Made by a program: the position numbers and the translations under genes. A stretch of DNA of 64,000 nucleotides from Yuukianura sp. NJ FZ-2021 (Eukaryota), in assembly GCA_046563655.1 (NCBI GenBank), contig CM102286.1, forward strand, positions 13,640,001-13,704,000, in the 5' to 3' direction. Of this stretch, positions 47,801-60,200 are shown in pieces. The notes under the pieces are model-generated. The model searched no databases, was not told the origin of the DNA, and worked only from the letters and a program-made list of their open reading frames with translations. Position 1 is the first letter of the stretch. Every line of letters starts with the position of its first letter.

Positions 47801-49016
47801 GGTTTTGCGTTTCATTTCTCATGGAACTTTTTTCCTCAAACATGGAATTTTTTCAACATTTTTGTGGTCAAAGACGCAAAAATTGAATCACGCTATGTTC
47901 AAAGTGCATGCGCTTCAATATGGAAAACTTTCTCCTTTTTTTTCGAGACTGATGAAACTCCATTTTCAGTTTGACTCCAAATGCATGTAGATGGACTCTG
48001 TTGCACGACATTTGAAATTGGTTGAAATCGGATCACGAAAGAGAGACTTTATTCCGCTTTGTCGATGTCGTCTTCACTTTCCCAAAAAAGAAGACGAAGA
48101 AAATTTCAAACTAAAAAAAGTTCTACTCCATGACAGCGTTAGGCGAAGAGACGAGTAGAAATCAGTCAATTGAGAACAGAAAGAAAGTCAGAGAGAGAAA
48201 GTGCTACAAATTCCATGTCCATTGTCGACGTGTTCAGAATTTTGAAAACAGAGACTCTAAAAAATGAAGTATTTCTTGGCGATTCGAAAATTCAAAATCT
48301 AATTTTCGCGCCGTTTGAGTGTAAATGACGCTCCCGTTACAAACAGCTTATTTATTCTCACTGAAATTCTAAAAGTGAAAGCAAAAACAGAATTTTTTTA
48401 AGTTTTTGTGAATCTCTTTACTTCTTATCTAAGAATATCTAAGCACGGTTCGTCCCGGGACACTTTGGTGTCCCAGCGGGACGTCCCAGAGGTCAAAGGT
48501 CACCTTCTAAAATCCGAGCCGGAAGGAAAGTTGTGTTTTGAGTAAATAGACGTACAGTTCTGAGTTGAGCCCAACAAAACTTAATGTTAAAGTGGAGGAA
48601 ATGCCTTCCTGCCGGGTGTGGTCTCATGAGGAAGATGGAAAGAGGAAAAGCAAGACGCTTCCAGCTTTCCGTTCTCGATTTGAACTTTCCCGCTCTGACT
48701 TTGTTATCCTAGTGGAAGGCGGGATGAGACCCTGAAGTATCCCTCTCCAGAGCCTTCCCATACATCTACCAAGGAAAATAACATGGAACCAGAGTCAGGT
48801 TATGGTTAGAAGTTAGGTTTTGGACGGAGAAAGTCCATGGTCAAGCCGAAGGGGAACTAAACCAGACTCCCAGGTCACATTTCCCAAAAAACACATCTTC
48901 TACCGTATCCTCTCGCCAGACTGTTATTGATGCTTACTTTCTCTTGCTCCTCTCCTCATTTCAAACCTAACTTATTACACTTTCTCTTACCCCTAGCATA
49001 AACATACCGAATAAAC

Positions 49017-49137
49017 CTGAAATCCAGAAATTTGTTTCTAACATTACACAAATCCAGAAATTTTTTTTCTAAAATATCCTGAAATCTAGAAATTTTGTTT
49101 CTAACATAATCTGAAATCTAGAATTTTTGTTTCGAAT
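49017..49137. repeat. About 31-bp minisatellite (aaatc(c/t)agaaatttgtttctaac), 4 units
   Basis: Four units here; about three more diverged units at 57546-57635 in copy 2. Confidence 0.75.
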
Positions 49138-50940
49138 CAAATTTCCGCAGTCTCACTTAAGCGAATCCCAGCAAATCTCTTAAGCCTACTCCAAAAATTT
49201 GAAATTTTGCAAAAATTCCAACTTTCAAAACTGACAGCAGAAGAAAAATTTGCGAAAACAGATTAAGTAAAGCGAAGGAGCTGAATTTAAGTTAGTTTTT
49301 TTTGGTTTTGCATAACAAATAACTTTGGAAAATTGAAGAAAATGTAAAAAGTCTAAAGAGAAAGTAAATCCTTTACGTTTTAATTATAAATTAAAGTGAG
49401 AGAGTGATGCCCATGTCTGGAATTCCAGGAAGTGGAGTGATCATTTACTTAATTTTGTTGTCGTGCTCACACAACATTTCCTCATTTCCTCTAGGGAAAT
49501 ACCTGTGATGCCCAGCTCTGTACATTGGGTTCAAGCATACCTTCACAGTAAATGCCCATATCGATGTCAAGTGGCGTGACACAGTCCAAAAAGTGCGTGA
49601 AACAAAATAACTTGTGTGATGGAACTCTTACTCTGTTTTCCCTTGGACTTAAAATAATAATACTCGACACATATGGGCAAAAACACCGCTTTTCAGCTGC
49701 AGTCCGCCGCACGAACGATTCCACCTTCCGCTACTTTTTTTTTCATTACCTATTTTATTATCGTCCCTGGACAAAAGCTGTTTGTCCAGGAGCCTCAAAA
49801 TTTGCAAACTTTTTTTTTGTTGCAAAATCTGATACGCTCTTTGTTTGTTTGTGTTGCCCAAGTTCTAGTCGTTCCTTATCAATATCATATTCATTTTGTT
49901 GGTTTTTGAACCAAAGCGCCAGAATTTTGAAAATCCGAGTTCCCACCTCATGAATTTTGGAGTAAACCAACGGAAGACTTTAACTTGCAAAAGGTGGATT
50001 TAGGACTTGAAACTCCAGCGGGAGTTTTTGAAAATACAATGAAAACCACACAGCGGGTTTTTCAGTGTACACAATTTTCCAAATCCGCGAGTTATGAAAC
50101 GAAAAGATTTGAATTTTGCATTGTACCAAAACGCCTCTCTGCCAAAACCAAAATTTGGCTTTTCAAAAAACTGGCGGTTTTTAGCAGCCACACCTTGCCA
50201 ATTTATTAATACCTGTCCAAAACGCTTTTCAACCTAAACTTATTGGAGTGAATCCAAAAAGTAGGTTTTTTTCATAGCCTAACCTGACAAGCTTCTAGCC
50301 TTATTGATTTTCTTTATCACACCATTCATCTCCTTAAGGTTTTATCTTCAGAAAAAATCGTAACTCAAAATCTCGTTTCTTTTACAATATTTGCTCCAAA
50401 TTTCGCACCTTTTCCGAAAATCCGGCCATTTTCGAAAAACCACGCATGTTTTTTGTAGCAAAGTAAACGCTAGAAATGTTTCTGTCATGTTGGAGAATGT
50501 TGAGTTGGATTGATCTAGTAACTCTATTACTTTCTCCATAAAATGTCAGCATTGGCTGTGCTTTCTGCAGAACTTTCACTCCTCGTTTTGGTTGCGAAGG
50601 CTAAGTTAATTGAATTTGAGCAGGAATTGATTCTATCATCCGCAATGTCAATTTACCTCACCATGAACTTTCTCTGCACGACCAAACGAACTGACTAACT
50701 TTTGCCTCAATCATATAGATTCACACTTACTCATTTTAACATCATAGTTACATGAACGCACAACTTGGATTTACGAGAGACATGTTCCTAGAATTAATCA
50801 ATTTTTATCAAATTTTAATCAGCTCACAAATTTTTTTTTTGGCACTTTTCAGAAACTCAAAAATTTGAGTCGCAGAGTATCAGAATTTCCTTAAAATGCA
50901 GCGCTGATGTAAATCGAGTGTATTAAAATTAAAAAGTTTC

Positions 50941-51179
50941 CAAGGTTCCTTGATAACCGAATTGTATTTCCTGCAATAGGTTGTCCAATAACTTAGGGTT
51001 TTCAAAAATCTTGCTTCAAACAACTTTTAGCACCAATTCCATTTAGATTTACAATAAGATTTAGATTTGAAAAATTACCATGGAAGGGCACAGATTTGAT
51101 ACTTTCAAACAAATTTTAAAACTTAGAGTTATTGGACAACCTGGTGTAGAACAAGTTTTCTTTTTGTTAGCAAACCTTG
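50941..51179. mobile_element. MITE sharing outer termini with the intronic family but with a different internal IR
   Basis: caaggttccttga ... gttagcaaaccttg. Perfect 16-bp internal IR aggttgtccaataact (50978-50993) / agttattggacaacct (51127-51142). Confidence 0.7.
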
Positions 51180-53875
51180 AAAGTTTCAATTTCTAAAAAA
51201 ATTGTTTTTTTTTAACTTTGTGCGTGTTTGTGTGTTTTTATGAAAATGGAAAGGGATTGCCCAAAGGTGGTTTTGAGTTGATTGTTTCCGGAAAATCCAG
51301 TTTTTGAAACGCGTTTTGTTAAATTTTAATTTGAAACGCCGTTTTTGAAGCGTGATTTTTGAAATTGCGAGAGGATCAGTTTCCTGAAGAAAAGCTGCCG
51401 AGATCAAAGGTTACGCACGCATCAAGCGTCTGATTATGAAAATCTTTTTGTAATGGATTCCTTAAACTGTAATTTTTTTCATAAAAGCTTTGGGATCAGT
51501 TTGCTCTCTTTTGGTTGAATTCGGCCTAAAGGCTGGTGAGATCTTGAAGATTAGCGGGTAGGCGGAAGTCTCCCGGGAAAATCTTGTATGGTCTCATCAA
51601 GGCTTTCAAATTATGATTTTGCATGTCGAGCAAAAAGAAAGTTCAGACGCTTTCCTTCTAAAGCCTCCACCGCTTTCTTTCCACTTTTCAAATTGTTCTT
51701 TCCACGTCCTCGAGGTAATCAAACCATGCTAATCCTTTGCTCTAAAAATAAACTTTCTCTTTTTACTACCACCAACCGACTATAGTTCAACGTAATGCAC
51801 CAAATTCACTTTTCGTTTTCCAAATTTCGAATTTCCCGCGTTTGAAAGCAGCTTTGATTCTCCATCCTTTCATCCGGTTCATTTTTAGCCAAATTTTGAA
51901 CTGTAAACTTTCCGTAAAAGTTTGAGTCCGTTTTAAAATTTCAAAGATATGTTAGGTTTAGTTTCAAATTCTATCAGTTAACGAAGTGTTGCTAGAAAAA
52001 AATTTAAACTCGCTTTGGTTTTTCAAAATCATCCTTTGACTTTCATGAGTAATTGAAAAACGGGTTCTAAAATTTAAATTAAATTAAGTTTAGGAATTTT
52101 TAAAATTCCAGAATGGAAATCCAAATTAATGTTTTTTAAACCCTACAGATTACATTTTGTCAAATTTCAAAACACTGAGTTTTAGAAAAATTTTGACCGT
52201 GACCTCTAACGTTTTTTTGAAATTCTTTCTAAAATTTTGTTTTCTAAATTATGCAAATGCAATAATATCCTGTGCTGCGTTTGTTGCGATGCTTCTATGT
52301 AATTTTCAAAATGAATTTTTCGCCGCAGGGAAAGCGCTCAAACTTTACTTTAATTTTCCAGAATGCTTTCACCGCAAATTTTTTTGAAAACTTTAAAAAG
52401 TTTTAGATTTTTAAATAATACGAACAACAGGGATCTGGATAATTAATTATGCAGGAAGATCAGCTTGACTCATGAGTCAATTTGTTCAAGATTCATGATT
52501 CATCACTTGTAGTCCATGAGTCAACTTCCTCAAGTGCCTATTCAATTTAAAGTAATCATTTACTGTAACGCATTTATTAGGCAAACGGATCCACCTTCAC
52601 TCCAAAAAATGAAATTGTACAGTCAGATCAGGTCAAAAGATCCAATGCTTTCACTTTCTTTTTCAAAAAAAAGTCCGCCAAAGTTCAAAATAAGAAAAGT
52701 AGTTTCCCTTATTGCTTCCCCTGCGTCAGGGTATGGATAATTTAAATAGAAATGCACTTTGTACGCACGTCAGTCTAGAAAAGGACTCAAACGGTTCAAC
52801 TTTCTCCTTTTTTCGTAAAAGTGCGGGAAAGTAGTCCCCTCGAACTACGTTTGAATACAAACCAGGGAGGAATTTAGGACTTTCTCCGCCGTTTGAATTT
52901 TTCTCAACTCTAAATGACGAATGGGAGTTATTTGACTTGGGATATGTTAGGTTATACTAAAAAGTTAGGTTATGTTATATGAAAGTTGTGTTTCCTAGGA
53001 TGTAACCACTTCCCAAGCCAAGTCTTGTTAAATTACCATCAGACAGAAGAGGATAGGGAGGAGGAGAAAGTGGATTTTTTAGAAGAGAAGAATAGTTTAT
53101 TCATTCATTTTGAAACGCGTCAGGGATCCACGGTGCTTCACCGCTGTCGCAGCAGGACACTACGCAAAAAAAAACCGTTGGCACACGAAAACCGTGGAAA
53201 AGCAGTCGGAGTTTGCAAAAAATCTGTGTTGAGTTTGGAGTCTTAGCGTTCTCTTCTTTTTTTGAGTAGTGAAGGTATCCCAGGTTGACACTGTGAGTTC
53301 AGTGACTATAAATCAGCTTCCAAAATGTCTTTTAGAACAAAAAAAGACAGCGGAGAAGGGAAATGGCCAAAAGTACAGTGCCGATTTCAAAGTGCTTAAA
53401 ACGGAAAGTGCAAAAAAAGAAAACGACAAAAGTTAAAACTGGCACAATCTGAGGCTAACCTGAATAAAACAAGTTAAAACCAGGAGAAGGAAATTTCGAA
53501 ATGCATTTTCGGTTGTGAGTTTTTGAAAATGGCTCTGTAGATGAAACGACGTGGAACGTACAGTATTTCGGAAAGTACTGGTGAACCACAGCGACTACTG
53601 ACTGACTCCTCATTTTGAATAAATAGAGCCTGCTGTGCCTACTTATTGGAAAGTAAGGCATTTGTCTTCTCCACCTGCCTTTCCCTTGACGCTTTCTCCA
53701 AAAACAGTCAATTTAACGTAAGCGGGAAGTTCAGAGCATGGTGACGCTGTTCCTGCACCGTGGTGCAAAATGTTCAGTCTAAAAGATCGTAAATCTAGGG
53801 AGCTGTGTCAGGTTTAGACACTAAAGAAAACATAGTGTCAAAGTTGTAGAAGACGAATAGACTACTAATTCATAT

Positions 53876-53910
53876 ATCATCATCATCACCTTCATCATCA
53901 TCATCATCAC
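53876..53910. repeat. (CAT)n microsatellite
   Basis: Interrupted CAT run; the second block has 5 units here versus 7 in copy 2 (62440-62460). Confidence 0.85.
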
Positions 53911-56900
53911 TACCAGCTTTAAACCGTAATCTAGGACGTTAATTCAGTGTCATGCATTTACTCCAGGATAAACTCCTCAAGAAAAACAATGCTTAAGTTC
54001 CTCACAGTTTAAGTTTTCCCACAAATGTTGATTTTAGAACTCCTCAAACCCTGCAACTTTCACCTCGGCTGAAAACTCCCACAAAAACACGAAACCAGGT
54101 TCAAATTTAGTTCTCTAATTTCAAAATTTTGTTGACTAATTTCAAAATTTGATGTCTCCTATGCACTTTAACATCCTGTAGTGCCAGAAATGCCAATTTT
54201 GCCAAAGATGCGTTTTGAATCAATGCACATGCGTACAAAAAGTTTTTTTTGTTGCAGTTGGTCATTGTTGTGGACAGACAGACAGACTGACAATGTTACG
54301 TAAAGGAGCTTTTGTTGCGTATAAAAGCAGAAGTTGAGAAATTTGAGTTATACTTGTGTTTAAAAATACCGTGGAGCGGAAATTGGCTCCCCGGATCGGA
54401 GCCTATGATAAACTTTATTTTTCAAGTTGTTCAATTTTTTTTCTAAAATTGTTTGAACAAACTCGCACGAAGCGAGAGCGCGAAAAATAAGAAGAGTGGA
54501 GTTCAAGGGCTGTTTTTGAAGGGATTTAGATTTGGAAGAGGAAAACAGAAAAGTGGAGCTTCCTTCCAAAAACTCCAAATTCTAAATTCCAGACCGTGCC
54601 AAACGAAGTATCCAGGAGATGACGAAACGTTCATGTGCTTTTTCAAAATGTGCTTTCATCCCCTCTCCAGCGGCATTCTGAATTTCCAATCACACCGAAT
54701 TTCCTAATGATAAATTGAAAAGTCCCACGCACGTTCAGATCACAAAACGTGAGGATGAGTGACACTTCCGTAAGGGCGTGGGTTGCATTTACACCCTCGT
54801 TCAATTCTTGGTGCATCTTTGTTTTTTAAAAAAATCCCACCAAAAATATGGTTCCCACTTTTCAAAAATTTTTGAATCATAAAGTGAAAGCGAGGAAAAA
54901 AAAAGGCAATCCTCTAATAACTTTTTTTAAGAAAAAATCTATTTACGAAAAATAGAAAAAAAAATTGTTCAATATTTTGACCTGAGTTGAATTTCTTTTT
55001 TTTAAAGAAATTGAAAATGTCAAAATTTCTGCCGTTTGTGGATCAGTTTTTCATTTTTTTTTCTTTTTGTGAAAACATGGAACATTTATTAAAAATCGGA
55101 CTTGAAAAAAGTCCAATTTCAAAAAGAGCGGGAATTTTTTTTTGAGGAGGCGGAGTTTCGTCAATGGTAAAAAGATGGGTATCACTGCTCATAGGCGGTT
55201 TCGAATTTGTGAGATCTACACTGAACGAGGTTTTTTTTTCTTCAAAGTAATAATATATTTTGAAATCTCAAAGGAAAAAGGAAGGGCACAGAGTTTTTTC
55301 CCGCTTTTTTTGAAAATGGAACTCACCTTGGTTCCATTGGCCTCCTGCGTACTGTGCTTGTGCCTTTATGTGTACTGTCTGAAATTGGATCCTTGGTTTT
55401 GTGCCGTTCCTTTCGAATCTTTGCCACAGACACATCGAACACAAAGGGCTTTACATTATTTACAAAGTGGAGAAAGTAGTTGAAAAGAAATGGGACTCTC
55501 TGGATAAACAGACATTGGGCAGAGACTGTACGCAACTGGAGACAATCAAGGAAGGAACAAAGGAATAGTCAAATGGAATCCAACCAAACAATATGGTTTC
55601 CTCTTCATTTCAAACAGAGCCAACCATTTTGAATCCAAGCGCCAAACATTTTGAATCCAGAGACAACGTGGCCCCTTGTCCTGATTGCTCAATCGCCCCT
55701 CCGAGACTACTTTCACCTGAACATTATTTCGAAAGAGGCAGGAAATCCATGTCGTTCGTCTCTCCTTTTTTCCTTTCAACCTAATGTTAACCTAACGTTG
55801 CTCCTAGCCTAATGTTAACCTAACCTCGTTCTAGAAAGTTAGCCTAACCTTTGCCATGGAAGTGAAAACCCTCTGAGAGAAAGTGCGTAGAGAAAGCAAA
55901 GCAGACTTTTACCTAATGTTGTAAGAATTGAAACTCAACATAGGTTTTTTCCCGCCATTTTCAAAAAAGAGAAGAGAAGGTGTGAAATATGGCACGAGTG
56001 TATTTTGTGCTTTGAGGAAGTTGAAAAAGCTTGAGAAATTTGGATCGAAGGGGATTTTGATTTTGTTCAAAAGAGAAAGTGTAAAATTTAAGACCGAAGC
56101 CGTTTCCTTTGTAGCTTTGAGCTCGGAGCTCTGCTGTGCTCCAACAGTCTTTTCTTCATCTTATTTTGCATGGAACTGTGGTTCAAGGTTTACTTTAGGT
56201 TTTTTACATTAGGTTTTTGTTAAGGTTAGGTTATGGTGAGCGTGAAGGAAAAGAGAGAAAGGTGTAAGGTTTGTGAGCTCTAGCATGATATGGAAAGAAC
56301 ACAATGGAGCGCGGAAGACATACTAAAGTTAAGGAAAGATGAGAATTGGATTGTGGATGAACAGTGCGGAGATACGAAATGAGATCGAAAGTCTGTCTTG
56401 AATTTTCTTTTGCCAAAAATTTACATGTGTCGTAAGCCATATTACGTTTTTAGAATAGCCAAAATTTCCAACAAAAATTCATAAAATTCTGGGCCTGAAT
56501 TATTTTTTTTTTATAAGTTTAGTTACTTTTCTTTTCCAGAAAAATCAACTCCTGTTCTTATAATTCCCAAACCATTTAAAACTTAATTTTATTTAATTGC
56601 AGTAATTAACTAGCTTTAATTTTGCTCTTAATTAACTTTTCCGAAGGTTGTTGTTGTTACTCAAAAGTCAATACGTTAGCGTCAACACGAAACAAAGCTT
56701 AACCGTGCGGCTTTCCACCTTGATGCAACAGATTTCACTCTTTGTGAACAATTTGACTATAATTGTCGATTTTCTGGAAATCGATTTTTAGATTACTCGA
56801 TTTCTCAATTTTCAAAACTAAAAAAAACGCTACACGATAAACCTACAACAAAGAAATTTACACCTAACGCTTTAACGTTGTGAGTAACCGCGTTTTAATC

Positions 56901-57218
56901 AAAATGTTGCATAATAAAGATGTTAAAAAATCGATTTTTTCAGATTTCCATCCAATTTTATACTTTTTTGTGAACTCGCCTAAGCTATATAGTTGGCTTG
57001 GGTTTGATTAGAGTTGGTAGGATGGTTAATCGGCTTGGTGACTCAGTGAAGCGACTTATGGAGGATTTGGAAAAGCTTAAATCCGATTGACTTTACCTGT
57101 AACGTCCAACGGAAGAATATTGTTGGAAGTGATGAGAGGCGTGACTGGTGAAATTGGAACGAAGAGAAGGCAGAGACTGGTAGAGATTACTTAATTCAAA
57201 TTACTTAATAAAAAGTAA

Positions 57219-60200
57219 CTTTCCGTTCTCGATTTGAACTTTCCCGCTCTGACTTTGTTATCCTAGGGGAAGGCGGGATGAGACCCTGAAGTATCCCTCT
57301 CCAGAGCCTTCCCATACATCTACCAAGGAAAATAACATGGAGACAGAGTCAGGTTATGGTTAGAAGTTAGGTTTTGGACGGAGAAAGTCCATGGTCAAGC
57401 CGAAGGGGAACTAAACCAGACTCCCAGGTCACATTTCCCAAAAAACACATCTTCTACCGTATCCTCTCGCCAGACTGTTATTGATGCTTACTTTCTCTTA
57501 CCTAACTTATTACACTTTCTCTTACCTCTAGCATAGCCTAACATCCTGAAATCAAGAAATTCTGTTTCTAGCATAACCCAAATCCAGAAATTTTGTTTCT
57601 TAGCTAACTTGAAATCCAGATTTTTTGTTTCCAGCATCTCAAAACTGGGCATAAATTCAAAATCTAATTTCCTCAGTCTCAGTTAAGCGAATTCCAGCAA
57701 ATCTCTTAAGCCTATTCCAAAAATTAGCAATTTTTCAAAATTTCAAATTTTCGAAACTGACAGCAAAAGAAAAATTTGATAGAAATTTGAAATATTTGTG
57801 AATGATGAATACATAAATCAAATGATTTGGAGTTAATTTGGTATTTTTCTTTTAGTTTTTTTTTTAGAATTTTAGATTTTTAGTCTTGCTGAAAAAATTA
57901 CTATGGAAAATCGATTCTTTTGAAAATCCTTTATGTTTTAATTATAAATTAAAGTGAGAGACTGATGCCCATGTCTGGCATTCCAGGAAGTGGAGTGATC
58001 ATTTACTTAATTCTGTTGTCGTGCTCACACAACATTTCCTCATTTCCTCTAGGGAAATACCTGTGATGCCCAGCTCTGTACATTAAGTTCAAGCATACCT
58101 TCACAGTAAATGCCCATATCGATGTCAAGTGGCGTGACACAGTCCAAAAAGTGCGTGAAACAAAATAACTTGTGTGATGGAACTCTGTTTTCCTTTGGAC
58201 TTAAAATAATATTACCCGACACATATGGGCAAAAACACCGCTTTTCAGCTTCAGTCCGCCGCACGAACGCTTCCACCTTCCGCTACTTTTTTTTTTCATT
58301 ACCTATTTTATTATCGTCCCGTGAGCCTCTGGACAAAAGCGGTTTGTCCAGGAAGCTCGAAATTTGCAAACTTTTTTTTTGTTGCAAAATCTGATACACT
58401 CTTTGTTTGTTTGTGTTGCCCAACTTCTAGTCGTTCCTTATCAATATCATATTCATTTTGTGGGTTTTTGAACCAAAGCGCCAGAATTTTGAAAATCCGA
58501 GTTCCCACCTCATGAATTTTGGAGTAAACCAACGGAAGACTTTAACTTGCAAAAGGTGGATTTAGGACTTGAAACTCCAGCGGGAGTTTTTGAAAATACA
58601 ATGAAAACCACACAGCGGGTTTTTCAGTGTACACAATTTTCCAAATCCGCGAGTTATGAAACGAAAAGATTTGAATTTTGCATTGTACCAAAACGCCTCT
58701 CTGCCAAAACCAAAATTTGGCTTTTCAAAAACTGGCGGTTTTTAGCAGCCACACCTTGCCAATTTATTAATACCTGTCCAAAACGCTTTTCAACCTAAAC
58801 TTATTGGAGTGAATCCAAAAAGTAGGTTTTTTTCATAGCCTAACCTGACAAGCTTCTAGCCTTATTGATTTTCTTTATCACACCATTCATCTCCTTAAGG
58901 TTTTATCTTCAGAAAAAATCGTAACTCAAAATCTCGTTTCTTTTACAATATTTGCTCCAAATTTCGCACCTTTTCCGAAAATCCGGCCATTTTCGAAAAA
59001 CCACGCATGTTTTTTGTAGCAAAGTAAACGCTAGAAATGTTTCTGTCATGTTGGAGAATGTTGAGTTGGATTGATCTAGTAACTCTATTACTTTCTCCAT
59101 AAAATGTCAGCATTGGCTGTGCTTTCTGCAGAACTTTCACTCCTCGTTTTGGGTGCGAAGGCTAAGTTAATTGAATTTGAGCAGGAATTGATTCTATCAT
59201 CCGCAATGTCAATTTACCTCACCATGAACTTTCTCTGCACGACCAAACGAACTGACTAACTTTTGCCTCAATCATATAGATTCACACTTACTCATTTTAA
59301 CATCATAGTTACATAAACGCACAATTTGGGTTTACGAGAGACACGTTTCTAGAATTAATCAACTTTTATCAAATTTTAATAAACTCGAAAAATTTTTGGC
59401 ACTTTTCAGAAACTCAAAAAATTTGAGTCGCAGAGTGTCAGAATTTTCTTAAAATCCAGCGCTGATGTAAGTCGAGTGTACCAAAATTAAAAAGTTGCCA
59501 AGGTTCCTTGACAATCGAACAGTATTTCCTACAATAGGTTGTCCAATAACTCAGGGTTTTCAAAAATCTTGCTTCAAACAACTTTTAGCACCAATTCCAT
59601 TTAGATTTACAATAAGATTTAGATTTGAAAAATTACCATGGAAGGGCACAGATTTGATACTTTCAAACAAATTTTAAAACTTAGAGTTATTGGACAACCT
59701 GGTGTAGAACAAGTTTTTTTTTTGTTAGCAAACCTTGAAAGTTTCAATTTCTAAAAAAAAATTGTTTTTTTTTAACTTTGTGCGTGTTTGTGTGTTTTTA
59801 TGAAAATGGAAAGGGATTGCCCAAAGGTGGTTTTGAGTCGATTGTTTCCGGCAAATCCTGTTTTCGAAACGCATTTTGTTAAATTTTAATTTGAAACGCC
59901 GTTTTTGAAGCGTGATTTTTGAAATTGTGAGAGGATCAGTTTCGTCAAGAAAAGCTGCCGAGATCAAAGGTTACGCACGCATCAAGCGTCTGATTATGAA
60001 AATCTTTTTGTAATGGATTCCTTAAACTGTAATTTTTTTCATAAAAGCTTTGGGATCAGTTTGCTCTCTTTTGGTTGAATTCGGCCTAAAGGCTGGTGAG
60101 ATCTTGAAGATTAGCGGGTAGGCGGAAGTCTCCCGGGAAAATCTTGTATGGTCTCATCAAGGCTTTCAAATTATGATTTTGCATGTCGAGCAAAAAGAAA

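Larger units (their letters stand above)
48665..55470 (+). repeat. Large direct duplication, copy 1
   Basis: Begins ctttccgttctcgatttgaact and is colinear with 57219-64000 up to the window end (tacaaagtgg). The ORF track shows identical paired ORFs, e.g. 50348/58909 and 52986/61539. Confidence 0.97.
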
